Source of the DNA: a virus
Lineage: Duplodnaviria; Caudoviricetes
Length of the DNA stretch: 43,334 nucleotides
Reading direction: 5' to 3' (one strand)
Virus record (IMG/VR): IMGVR_UViG_3300011441_000224
Coordinates: 1 to 43,334 of that record
This document shows, piece by piece, positions 7,689 to 16,632 of the stretch. The first letter of the stretch is position 1. Every line of letters begins with the position of its first letter. Made by a program: the position numbers and the translations under genes. The notes below the pieces were generated by a model. It did no database searches. It saw nothing but the letters and a program-made list of their open reading frames with translations, and was not told the DNA's origin.

Positions 7689-9557
7689 ATGGAACCATCT
7701 ACTCAAGCAAAGCGAGTCGTCGACGACTATACGGCCTGGCGGGACTACACCAAGGAGCACCGCAAAGAGGTTGAGCGGTATTGGAAGCAATACAACAACC
7801 AACGTACCAAGCCGGCGTACAAGTCAAAGGTAAAGTTTGCCGTTGACCCGATGGTCCATCAGGTGGTGGAGTCGCGGGTCGACAATATTTACGGTTCGAG
7901 ACCGCAGTGGACGTTTATGCCTACCATGTCCGAGCAGGAGACGGATACTGATATTCTCTCAGGTATGGCCGAATATTCCTGGGACAAGGCCAATATGGAT
8001 CTCCATATTATGCCGATTGGCCGCGAGCAGGAGATCACCGGCAATGTGATCGTCTTCCACAACTGGGAAGACGGCTGCATGACTTATCAGCATATTCCGT
8101 GGCCGGACTGCATTGGTGACTGTGCCGCTCCGAACCCTTACGAGGCTAAGAAGGTCGGCTTCGTGCGCTACGCCATGATCGAAGACTTGAAGAAGGAGCT
8201 GCGGTTTGACCCGACCATTGGCGAGAAAGACGAGGACGGCAATCCGGAGGGTGCTTGGGTCAAGAAGTACAACGCGCGGGTGCTGGCTAAGGTTAAGACT
8301 TTTCCGTCACTCAGCCAGGGGGATGCTTCAGCTAAGGCAATGGCCGAGCGGATCTACCGTGCTTCTACCTTGCCCGAATCCGAGAAGGCGGGGCAGGTTC
8401 AGATTGTTCACATGCGTTACCTCGACAAGTTCATCGAGGTAGCTAACGAGCAGCAAGCCATCCTTGAGTTTGACAATCCATTCCAGGCTCCAGAGCGCGA
8501 GGTTGATGTCCAGGCTCAGGACGATGACGGCCAGAGATTATACGGCGACGAAGACCCGGAGGAGCTGGCCAACCGCGTAACTGAGGCGAACATAGCCGGC
8601 GAGCCACCGCCAGAGTTCACGGATGAGGAGATCGCCGAGGCAGCTGAGAAGCCAACCATGAAGATTACGGTCCCGGCTATTGAGCCGTTCCTAGGCTTCT
8701 CGATGGGCCGGTTGTACATCAACCCGGCGGCGATGATTGCCAAGGGCACGGTGGAGACGATCTCGGACCTGTACGAGGAGCTTCAAGACCACATTGGTAT
8801 TAAAAAAGATAACCTGGTTTACCGCGAGCAAAACGTTATCCTGTACGACGACAGTCAACCCGGGCTTGTTGGTAAGATGGCTAACGCCACGCCTAACTCA
8901 ATGGTGCCGGCTAGGGGTATCGCAGAAGGCAAGATTCCCTTGCATTGGTTGGAGAAGCCCGACCTAGCCGCGGACGCCGATGTTGAGATTAACCGCATCA
9001 AGCAGGAGATCCGGGATACTGCCCGTGTTGACCAGGTGATCCAAGGTGTGGCGGCTCAAAACGACCGGACAGCGACCGAGATTGACGCTCAGGTGGCCGG
9101 CGCCTCCAGCGGCTTCAAGACCCAGACCCGTACGCTTGGAGCCGGCCTATACAAGATGATGGGCGAGAACTTCTATAAGTTGAGCCAGATCTTTATGACT
9201 AAAGAACAGCTGGTGCGGGTAGTCGGTCCTAAGGGTGTCGAGTTTAAGAAATTCTCCCCCGACAATTACTTCGGACCGTATGACGTCAAAGTAGTCCTCA
9301 AGCAAGAAGCCGAGGCGGCGAAGAAGCAGGAGGCCGAACAAGCGCTGGCTGCCTTTGACCGGTTTAGGCAAAGTCCGAATTGGAACCAAGTTGAGCTTGA
9401 GAGGTACGTGGCCGAGAAGGCGTTGGACATCCCCGAAGACCGGCTCAAGCTTTTGATGAGCCCAGATCCCATGAATCAGGCTGCTTTGGCCGGAGCGCCG
9501 GTTGGTGACGTGGTTGGCGGTACTGCGCCCGGCTTACCGGCTGGTGGGCCAATGTAG
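7689..9557 (+). CDS. Portal protein (P22/podovirus-like)
   Basis: 622 aa, follows TerL; QGV...RTATEI motif; Pro/Gly tail. Confidence 0.85.
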   Translation: MEPSTQAKRVVDDYTAWRDYTKEHRKEVERYWKQYNNQRTKPAYKSKVKFAVDPMVHQVVESRVDNIYGSRPQWTFMPTMSEQETDTDILSGMAEYSWDKANMDLHIMPIGREQEITGNVIVFHNWEDGCMTYQHIPWPDCIGDCAAPNPYEAKKVGFVRYAMIEDLKKELRFDPTIGEKDEDGNPEGAWVKKYNARVLAKVKTFPSLSQGDASAKAMAERIYRASTLPESEKAGQVQIVHMRYLDKFIEVANEQQAILEFDNPFQAPEREVDVQAQDDDGQRLYGDEDPEELANRVTEANIAGEPPPEFTDEEIAEAAEKPTMKITVPAIEPFLGFSMGRLYINPAAMIAKGTVETISDLYEELQDHIGIKKDNLVYREQNVILYDDSQPGLVGKMANATPNSMVPARGIAEGKIPLHWLEKPDLAADADVEINRIKQEIRDTARVDQVIQGVAAQNDRTATEIDAQVAGASSGFKTQTRTLGAGLYKMMGENFYKLSQIFMTKEQLVRVVGPKGVEFKKFSPDNYFGPYDVKVVLKQEAEAAKKQEAEQALAAFDRFRQSPNWNQVELERYVAEKALDIPEDRLKLLMSPDPMNQAALAGAPVGDVVGGTAPGLPAGGPM

Positions 9558-9817
9558 TGGATGAGAAGGATATACAGCGTGTAGAGCAAGAGATTGCCGA
9601 GCGCAAGGTCAAGTACCAGGCGATCCAAAACACGCCTGGCATGGTTGATTTGTTGGCCTGGCTGGATGACGAGGCGGACAAGGCCAACCGGACGGCGAAG
9701 GTGGAGATGGATAACGCTGTGCGTAAAAGCCTCTATTTACAAAGTGCCTGTATTTATGAGAACGTGGAGGCACATCTTGCGAGCATGTTCTCGAAAGGTG
9801 AGCAAGACCGTAAGTAA
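9557..9817 (+). CDS. Small helical protein between portal and scaffold
   Basis: Position; NTPGMVDLLAWL motif. Confidence 0.6.
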   Translation: MDEKDIQRVEQEIAERKVKYQAIQNTPGMVDLLAWLDDEADKANRTAKVEMDNAVRKSLYLQSACIYENVEAHLASMFSKGEQDRK

Positions 9818-9829
9818 ATAAGGATATTT

Positions 9830-10564
9830 GTGTTGAGCGAGACAACTACAACCGACACTCAGGACGAAGTGGTGGCCGAGGAGAACTCAGAAGCCACTGA
9901 ATCGACTGAGACGGCAGAAGCCGATCAAACGCAAACCCAGACCGACCAAGATGGCGCGGCTGAGTCTGCTGATGAGGCAGACGCCGAAGCTGAGGCAAGA
10001 GCTAAGCAAGCTAGCCTCGATTGGCTGACCAAGAAGGCGAATATTGATCCCGGCGACCCGGATGCACTCCAAAAGGTTGCTGAGGTATGGCATAAGGCCG
10101 ATGAAGGTTTCCACCAATCACGCCAGGACCGGCGTACCCTGCAACAGCAGCTTGACGAGGGGGGCCAGGGCGATGAGGACGACCAAGGAGTCGATCCAGA
10201 GATCGCGGCTTTCAAACGTGAGATGGCTGAAGACAGGTTCTACCGTAGAAACCGGGATGCTGAAGGGCACGAAGATAAACTCTTCGCTGCTGCTAAGCAG
10301 TACCCGTCGCTAGCTCGGCAGTATAGTCAGGCTAGAACGACTGCGGACGCCATTGAAGCCCTAGAAGCTCTTTGGGCTATTTCCAAGGGCCAGGGTGTAG
10401 ATGATGCCGTAAACGCCGCCAAGAAAGATGGTCGGAAGCAGGCCGCGCAAGATATTGCGAAGGCCAGCCTTGCGGGTGCCCCGAAGGGCAACGCTACTGC
10501 TTCAGCCAATGGAGACAGGTCCGAGGACGAGGAACGCTTAGAGCGCTTCTCCAAATGGGACTAG
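9830..10564 (+). CDS. Capsid scaffolding protein
   Basis: Acidic, helical, directly upstream of the major capsid gene. Confidence 0.75.
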   Translation: MLSETTTTDTQDEVVAEENSEATESTETAEADQTQTQTDQDGAAESADEADAEAEARAKQASLDWLTKKANIDPGDPDALQKVAEVWHKADEGFHQSRQDRRTLQQQLDEGGQGDEDDQGVDPEIAAFKREMAEDRFYRRNRDAEGHEDKLFAAAKQYPSLARQYSQARTTADAIEALEALWAISKGQGVDDAVNAAKKDGRKQAAQDIAKASLAGAPKGNATASANGDRSEDEERLERFSKWD

Positions 10565-10610
10565 GCGAGGCCCAGCGGGTTTCCAGTATAAATAACTAGG
10601 AGACTCTCCA

Positions 10611-11459
10611 ATGGTAACTTACGCCACAGACGTATTGGGTAAGGTCGACGAACGATTTTACCTTGACTCTGTTGTCAAAGGCGTCACCAATCAAGACGTC
10701 ATGTTCGAGTTCTCGAACGGCAACAACGCCGTTACGATCTACACCGTCAATGTCACCACTGAAAATGATTACGTCCGTTCCGGCACTATGCGGTACGGTG
10801 TGCTCGTTGAGGTCGGTAACAGCACCCAAACCTTTGTGCTATCTCAGGACAAGTCGTTTGCCATCTCGGTAGACCGCGGAAACCTGGAAGATGCCAAGGG
10901 CGTTAACAACATCGATGAGGCGGTCAAGCGCCAAGTGCGTGAGGTGTCCGTTCCAACGAACGACATCTACGTGCTTAACATCGCGGCTACCTACGCGGTA
11001 GCTAACTCGCAGTCTGCTACGGCGGCTTTGAGCGCGTCGAACGCCTTTACCAAGATTCTCGACCAGCGTGCGGCTTTGATTGAGGCTAAGGTCATCTCAG
11101 ACAGTCGTAAGCCACAGATGACTCTGTTCATCACGCCTGCCGCCGAGGCTTTCCTATGGCTTGACCCGCTGTTCAAAGCTGCTTGTGACACTCGTACAGC
11201 TGACACCGCAAGTGGCCAGCTGGGCACCGTCATGGGTATGAACGTACGTGTCATTCCATCGACTTACCTGATCGCCAACGCTGGCTTCTTATTGGTTGCC
11301 AACACTGTGCTGATCAACCCGTACAAGTTCAACAAGATCAAGACGATGGACGGCGACTACTTCGGTATCGACGGCAGCGTTGGCTTCGGCCGCCGCTACT
11401 CGGACTGCTTTATCCGAGCTAACCGTGGTGTCGGTATCCGGCTACACAAGATTGCTTAA
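10611..11459 (+). CDS. Major capsid protein (HK97 fold)
   Basis: Strong AGGAG RBS; LSQDKSFAISVD, LFITP and GQLGTVMGMNV motifs. Confidence 0.85.
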   Translation: MVTYATDVLGKVDERFYLDSVVKGVTNQDVMFEFSNGNNAVTIYTVNVTTENDYVRSGTMRYGVLVEVGNSTQTFVLSQDKSFAISVDRGNLEDAKGVNNIDEAVKRQVREVSVPTNDIYVLNIAATYAVANSQSATAALSASNAFTKILDQRAALIEAKVISDSRKPQMTLFITPAAEAFLWLDPLFKAACDTRTADTASGQLGTVMGMNVRVIPSTYLIANAGFLLVANTVLINPYKFNKIKTMDGDYFGIDGSVGFGRRYSDCFIRANRGVGIRLHKIA

Positions 11460-11484
11460 CACTAACTAATAGGGAATAACGCAA

Positions 11485-12174
11485 ATGGACAACGAAACAA
11501 CCGGCTACAACGGGACACGTCCTCAGGCTGGCCGAGCGCTCATGGGTGAAACCCAGGGTGATACCGGTCAGGTCGGTGGCGATCCCGCCCGCAGGAAGGC
11601 TGGCCTGTACCGCCATCCAAACGGCACCGAGGTGATCACTCAACATGATCTATTGTTTGGAGACACCCAGAGCCGAGCGGCTGAACGCGCGGGCTTCGAG
11701 TACGTACGGGAAGTTGAGCCCGGTGAGATTAAGACCGTGGGGGCTCCGAGTGACAGTCATGCCGCTCAGCCCGAGCGTGCTTTGGAGGCTCAGACCTCAG
11801 AGCTGGCTGACTTACGTGCACGTTTGGCGGCTTTAGAGGCCGCTGACGCTACTCGCAAGAATGCGGCTGTCGCTGGTACGGAAGTGCCTGGCACAGAGCC
11901 TGTTAAGGGCGCAGAAGCAACCAAGCAGGCTGCTGCTGACAAGACCTCAGAGCAAACCGGCGTCCAGGTCGATCCAGCAACTGGCGACGTTGCCGCGCCA
12001 CCCGCTCCGGCTGTGAGCGATAAACCTCTGGACAATCAGAACCGGGAAGAGCTGAACGCTACAGCTCTGGCCGAAGGTTTGACCGAGGTTGAAGAGTACG
12101 AATCAAAAGCTAAGTTGGTTGAGGCGATTGAGGCTAAGCGTGCCGAGTTGCCGACTGACGGAGGTAATGAATAA
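11485..12174 (+). CDS. Head-associated protein with a C-terminal short helical (Rho-N-like) motif
   Basis: Position; NREELNATA...SKAKLVEAIE. Confidence 0.55.
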   Translation: MDNETTGYNGTRPQAGRALMGETQGDTGQVGGDPARRKAGLYRHPNGTEVITQHDLLFGDTQSRAAERAGFEYVREVEPGEIKTVGAPSDSHAAQPERALEAQTSELADLRARLAALEAADATRKNAAVAGTEVPGTEPVKGAEATKQAAADKTSEQTGVQVDPATGDVAAPPAPAVSDKPLDNQNREELNATALAEGLTEVEEYESKAKLVEAIEAKRAELPTDGGNE

Positions 12175-12614
12175 TGGCAAACCCAACAGTCCCCTATGTT
12201 GGCCAAGATGGCCGGCTGTGGATTAACGTTTCAGAAACCAAAACCCTGCTTGCAACCGAGTTTGGCTGGGTGCAGAACATCATCACGGACGGCCTGACCC
12301 TGACCGCTCCGGCTTCGGCCACTGTGCTGGCTGGTGCGGAGCTCATCCTCCGCAATGGTGGTGTGCCGAAAACCGGCGGCCCTGTCGGCTCTGGTGACAA
12401 TGGAAGCGTCGGCTTCATCCTCACCCCGGCGTCTGGCGATGGTGTGACCGGCAACGGCTTCACCGCCGCAGCGAACAAGGGCGTGACTTACGTCAAGGCC
12501 GAAGGCAGCGTGGGCGATGAAATGCGCCTTGCCTCTGGTGGTGCCAACACCGTTAAGGCGTGGAACGTCGCCGGCGTCAAAGGCAAACTCGCCGCTTGGA
12601 CACGCACCGCGTAA
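12174..12614 (+). CDS. Putative capsid decoration or virion protein
   Basis: GGAGG RBS, Gly-rich beta composition, last gene before a terminator. Confidence 0.55.
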   Translation: MANPTVPYVGQDGRLWINVSETKTLLATEFGWVQNIITDGLTLTAPASATVLAGAELILRNGGVPKTGGPVGSGDNGSVGFILTPASGDGVTGNGFTAAANKGVTYVKAEGSVGDEMRLASGGANTVKAWNVAGVKGKLAAWTRTA

Positions 12615-12640
12615 ACACAAAAAGTCCACAAACAGAGAGT

Positions 12641-12662
12641 GCGCCCTTCGGGGCGCTTTTTC
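12641..12662 (+). terminator. Rho-independent terminator
   Basis: GCGCCC-TTCG-GGGCGC-TTTTT. Confidence 0.9.
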
Positions 12663-12715
12663 TATTGCCTTTTCGAATTGGTTGGCGATAATAGAATCAT
12701 TAAGGAATCCTACTA

Positions 12716-13141
12716 ATGGCTGCGGGTGCATGGACATTTACCAACGGAGGTCGAACTAAACTACTGGATGGTACGTTCGACGTTGACTCAGATTCGTATA
12801 AGTGTGCTCTATTTCTCTCAACCTCCAACATTGGCGCAGCGAGTACAACTTATGCAGGTGTCACCAACGAACACGCTAACGCCAACGGATACACAACCGG
12901 CGGGATTGCGGTCACGCTGACTCTAGCGGGGACTACGACTGTTACTGTAGATATTTCAACCGATCCGGTCTGGACGGCTTCTGGTGGGTCAATCGTGGCT
13001 AGATTTGCGGTGATCTACGAAGTCTCAGGCAACGTGCTTTGTTACTGCTTGCTCGACTCGACTCCTGCGGATGTGACTGCTACGACTGGTAACACATTAA
13101 CCGTCGCCGCTCATGCCAGTGGCGTCTTTACGCTGGCTTAG
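12716..13141 (+). CDS. Virion structural protein
   Basis: D.DSDSYKCALF...NGYTTGG...WTASGGSI.AR.AVIY, a recurrent phage structural family. Confidence 0.7.
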   Translation: MAAGAWTFTNGGRTKLLDGTFDVDSDSYKCALFLSTSNIGAASTTYAGVTNEHANANGYTTGGIAVTLTLAGTTTVTVDISTDPVWTASGGSIVARFAVIYEVSGNVLCYCLLDSTPADVTATTGNTLTVAAHASGVFTLA

Positions 13142-13149
13142 GAGGCGAT

Positions 13150-13728
13150 ATGTCAAGGCAAAACTGGTCAGAAACAATAGCCTGGGCCACAGCAGCCGGT
13201 ACAGCGGTTGCTAACTCTACCACTGAGACTATCCTCTTTCCTAACGTCACGATCCCGGCTAACTTCATGCAGGACGGGCGAGCTCTTCGTCTGAGACTGT
13301 TTGGCGCCTACGGTACTACCTCGACGCCTACTATGATCTTTTCAGTTCGCTGGGGAGGCGTTGCCGGGACTGTACTTGCAAAGCAAGCCGCTAACGTCAC
13401 TACGTCAGGTACCGGTGGTGGAGCTTCGATGACCGCCCTATGGGAAGCTGAAATAATCATCCAGACTCGCTCTAACGGTTCTGCGGGTACTTTGTTCACC
13501 AACGGTACAACTACGTTTTACACCTCGACTCTACTCACCGCTGGTACGGTCACGAACTACGGCCAGACCGCGCCAATAGCTTCAGGCTCCACGGGCGGTA
13601 CTACGCCGGTTGCAGTTACGGCAGATCTTACGGCCGACACTGCTCTCTCTGTTACGGCCACCTGGGGTACGGCCAACTCTGCTAACTCGATCCGTGGCGA
13701 CCTCTATACCATTGAAGCTTTGAACTAG
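13150..13728 (+). CDS. Virion structural protein (Thr/Gly-rich beta domain)
   Basis: AGGAGG RBS; composition; position. Confidence 0.6.
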   Translation: MSRQNWSETIAWATAAGTAVANSTTETILFPNVTIPANFMQDGRALRLRLFGAYGTTSTPTMIFSVRWGGVAGTVLAKQAANVTTSGTGGGASMTALWEAEIIIQTRSNGSAGTLFTNGTTTFYTSTLLTAGTVTNYGQTAPIASGSTGGTTPVAVTADLTADTALSVTATWGTANSANSIRGDLYTIEALN

Positions 13729-13740
13729 GGGGTAGCCGAA

Positions 13741-14418
13741 ATGGCTACCAGATTCTACTTACCAAGTACAGGAGCGGCCGCAGTCTCGCCAGCATTCGAT
13801 GCTAGCTGGGAAGACACGACACTCGCAGACAGTCTACGACTACTTGTCAGGGACGAACCTACCGTACCCATTACAGCATTGGCAGACAAAACTAGCGGCG
13901 CGATACCGGCGGTAACGGCAGATTGGCTTCACCGGCAGTACGTGTCTGATCCAATCATAGCCCGCCAGCTTAGTACGAGTGACACGGTTAGGGCGATATT
14001 ACGGTGCAACGAGAGTGGCTCGGAGCTAAACGGTAGTCTGAGGTATGTCCTCAGGGTGGTCTCCAACGACGGTGCCACGTTTAGAGGGACGTTATGGACT
14101 GGTACAACTACTGAAATCAGTTCAGGGTCATCTAATACCAAGATAGCGGGCCCTACCGCGCTAAGCGCGGTAGCTGCCCAAACTGGCGACAGGCTCGTGC
14201 TTGAGGTCGGTGTGGGCGTAAACCCGTCATTGGCGGATCGCACCTTTACTTGTAGGTTCGGTAACTCGGCTTCGAGCGACTTTGCCTTCACGGCCGGGCT
14301 AACAACCGACCTAAATTCCTGGTTGGAACTATCCTGCAATCTCTTCACGCCCGACAACAACAACTACCAGTTCGTCAAAGTCGGTGACGGCATGGGAACA
14401 GGGGAACGGATACGATGA
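13741..14418 (+). CDS. Virion structural or adhesion protein
   Basis: MATRFYLPS...GDRLVLEVG beta-sandwich pattern. Confidence 0.6.
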   Translation: MATRFYLPSTGAAAVSPAFDASWEDTTLADSLRLLVRDEPTVPITALADKTSGAIPAVTADWLHRQYVSDPIIARQLSTSDTVRAILRCNESGSELNGSLRYVLRVVSNDGATFRGTLWTGTTTEISSGSSNTKIAGPTALSAVAAQTGDRLVLEVGVGVNPSLADRTFTCRFGNSASSDFAFTAGLTTDLNSWLELSCNLFTPDNNNYQFVKVGDGMGTGERIR

Positions 14419-15107
14419 GCGTTGCTCTATTCCAGTCTAAGATTAGGAACGATGCCCCCGGAGATGTTACATTCAACGCCCCTGTTCAGCCTGGAAGCCT
14501 CGTGATAGTGGCTATATCGTCTTTCGGTGCTCAGGTCCCCTCCAATGATGTGACCGACAACCAAAGCAATACATATACCCGAATTGCGTCGCTTGAAAAC
14601 GGTGGCGACGACTGGGTTGCAGTTTTCTATTGCGAAGAGGTTAAGTCCAACAGCGGGGCGTTTACTGTCACGAACGTCACCGGGTCTAGCCTTGCGATAT
14701 TTGAATACTGGGGTCTTGACAGGGTAGGCGTAGCATTCGATACCTCAGTAACGGGCTTCGACAGCAGCATCAGCGGCTCGGATGTAAATATAACTCCTAA
14801 CACTAACAAAACCTATGCGCCATCTTTGATCTTTGTCGCTCAGACGGACAACGGAGGCGGTGCGTACACCTCCAATACCAACTTTGTCACTCGTCAGACC
14901 GAAACTGATAGTGCAACCCATGAACGACTTGCTACGCAGGACCGCCTAGCGGCTCCAGTTGGAGCGGTTTCGGTGGCTGGATTCTCGGCTCCGGGTACTC
15001 AAATCTACGCGCTTATTGCTGCCTCTTTCTTCGCCAAGCCAGATGTTCCCTTGAATAATAATCGAGGCTTAAGGCCTGCAATCTTTACCCCAGGGATAGC
15101 GCGATGA
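14415..15107 (+). CDS. Virion structural or adhesion protein
   Basis: GSLVIVAI...VTDNQSNTYT motif. Confidence 0.6.
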   Translation: MSVALFQSKIRNDAPGDVTFNAPVQPGSLVIVAISSFGAQVPSNDVTDNQSNTYTRIASLENGGDDWVAVFYCEEVKSNSGAFTVTNVTGSSLAIFEYWGLDRVGVAFDTSVTGFDSSISGSDVNITPNTNKTYAPSLIFVAQTDNGGGAYTSNTNFVTRQTETDSATHERLATQDRLAAPVGAVSVAGFSAPGTQIYALIAASFFAKPDVPLNNNRGLRPAIFTPGIAR

Positions 15108-15901
15108 GCTTCCAACCGTTACGATCACCAAGGTTCAACAACGTCCTGGCCAACGAGCCAGCGGTGGTGGAAGACGAAAATGTTCTCGTCACTCCAGATA
15201 CCTTAGCCTTAGTCATCACAACCTTTGAGCCGACCATAGTCCTACCTCAGACAGTCACGCCGACCACAGCTGCGCTCACGATCACTACGTTTGCGCCGGT
15301 CATCAAGCTCACAGTTACACCATCGACGCTCGCTCTTATCTTGACCACGTTCGCTCCGACGATTTCAGTCAGTAACAACATCACAGCTACACCGACCACT
15401 CTTGCTTTAACCCTCACAACCTTTGCCCCAACGGTTACAGCTTCCGACAATCAGCTAGTCACACCTAGTACGCTGGCGCTCACCCTTACGACCTTTGCCC
15501 CACAGCTCAAATTGGTTGTAATCCCGTCCACTGCCGCTCTGACCCTGACTACGTTCGCACCGACCGTAACAGCGGCGGCCAATACAACTGTGACCCCTGG
15601 TGTTCTTGCGCTGGCTCTCTCCACATTCGCGCCAACCATTGCCATCACAGTACTAGTGGTTCCAACCACCCAAGCCTTGGTCCTAACAACCTTTGCCCCC
15701 ACGATCGTGACACCGGTGCTTGTGACGCCCACCTTCACCGCACTTGCGTTGACTACGTTTGCACCAGTAATTACGGTGGAGATGAGGTTCGTACCGTCCA
15801 CTCCAGGCTCTCCAGGGTCGTTTACAGTTCTTTCAGGCTCTGCCCCTGGGGTTTACGTGCCCGACCCGCCGGATTCACCGGGAAGCTTTACGCCGGTGTA
15901 G
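15104..15901 (+). CDS. Repeat-containing fibre-like protein
   Basis: Nine copies of VTPxTxALxLTTFAPT. Confidence 0.7.
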   Translation: MSFQPLRSPRFNNVLANEPAVVEDENVLVTPDTLALVITTFEPTIVLPQTVTPTTAALTITTFAPVIKLTVTPSTLALILTTFAPTISVSNNITATPTTLALTLTTFAPTVTASDNQLVTPSTLALTLTTFAPQLKLVVIPSTAALTLTTFAPTVTAAANTTVTPGVLALALSTFAPTIAITVLVVPTTQALVLTTFAPTIVTPVLVTPTFTALALTTFAPVITVEMRFVPSTPGSPGSFTVLSGSAPGVYVPDPPDSPGSFTPV

Positions 15902-15924
15902 AAAGCGGCATATAGTGATACCAA

Positions 15925-16632
15925 ATGACGACATCATATACAGTTGCACAATACAAAGCGTGGGTACGGGGCCGACTTCCAGGCCTCACCCTGGCGGACG
16001 CACTGCTTCTGGATGTTATCAGCTCAGCCAATCGGGACATCTGTAACGGCGAACCCTGGCCCTTCCTGGAGCGGTCATTCGAAGGCACGGCAGCATCCGG
16101 CAATCGAGAGTTTGACTTGCAGGCGACAATCTCAACCTTCCAAGTCCCGCTTGGCCTCAAGCTTACCGCTCCGGACAGCTCGGCCGTATCGGTCAGGTAC
16201 ATGACCTGGCAGGAGTATTACCGACTTTACCCGGACCCCGACCAGCTGACGGCCACCAGGCCCTGGATGTGGTCGCTTTATGGCACAACGCTTATTATCG
16301 GGCCAGCCAAGCTAGATCAGACGTACACGTTCCGCTTGCCGTACATCAAAGAGCCCACACCGCTCACGGCCGACGCCGACGTGGTGGATATCCCAGACGC
16401 CTTCGCCGAGGTTTTGATCGTCGCCGGGAAAGTCCGGGCGCTCAAGAGCAAGCGCAAATACAACGAGGCTCAGGTGGAGCAGCAGGAGTACGACGGCGGT
16501 GACGGAACAGGCGGTTTGCTTGGCAATATGAAGAGGCGGCTCGTGGCTCGCCAGGACGGGGAAGTAGTTGAGATGGGGAATGGGTATCAGTCTGTGATTC
16601 CTCGGGACCCATACGGCGATTATGAGACGTAG
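15925..16632 (+). CDS. Head-to-tail adaptor (podovirus)
   Basis: ANRDIC...WPFLE...IIGP...DIPDAF pattern. Confidence 0.7.
   Translation: MTTSYTVAQYKAWVRGRLPGLTLADALLLDVISSANRDICNGEPWPFLERSFEGTAASGNREFDLQATISTFQVPLGLKLTAPDSSAVSVRYMTWQEYYRLYPDPDQLTATRPWMWSLYGTTLIIGPAKLDQTYTFRLPYIKEPTPLTADADVVDIPDAFAEVLIVAGKVRALKSKRKYNEAQVEQQEYDGGDGTGGLLGNMKRRLVARQDGEVVEMGNGYQSVIPRDPYGDYET

Noticed and set aside
15180-15780. CRISPR-like array
   Set aside because: The repeats are degenerate at codon third positions and conserved at the protein level, so they are coding repeats.
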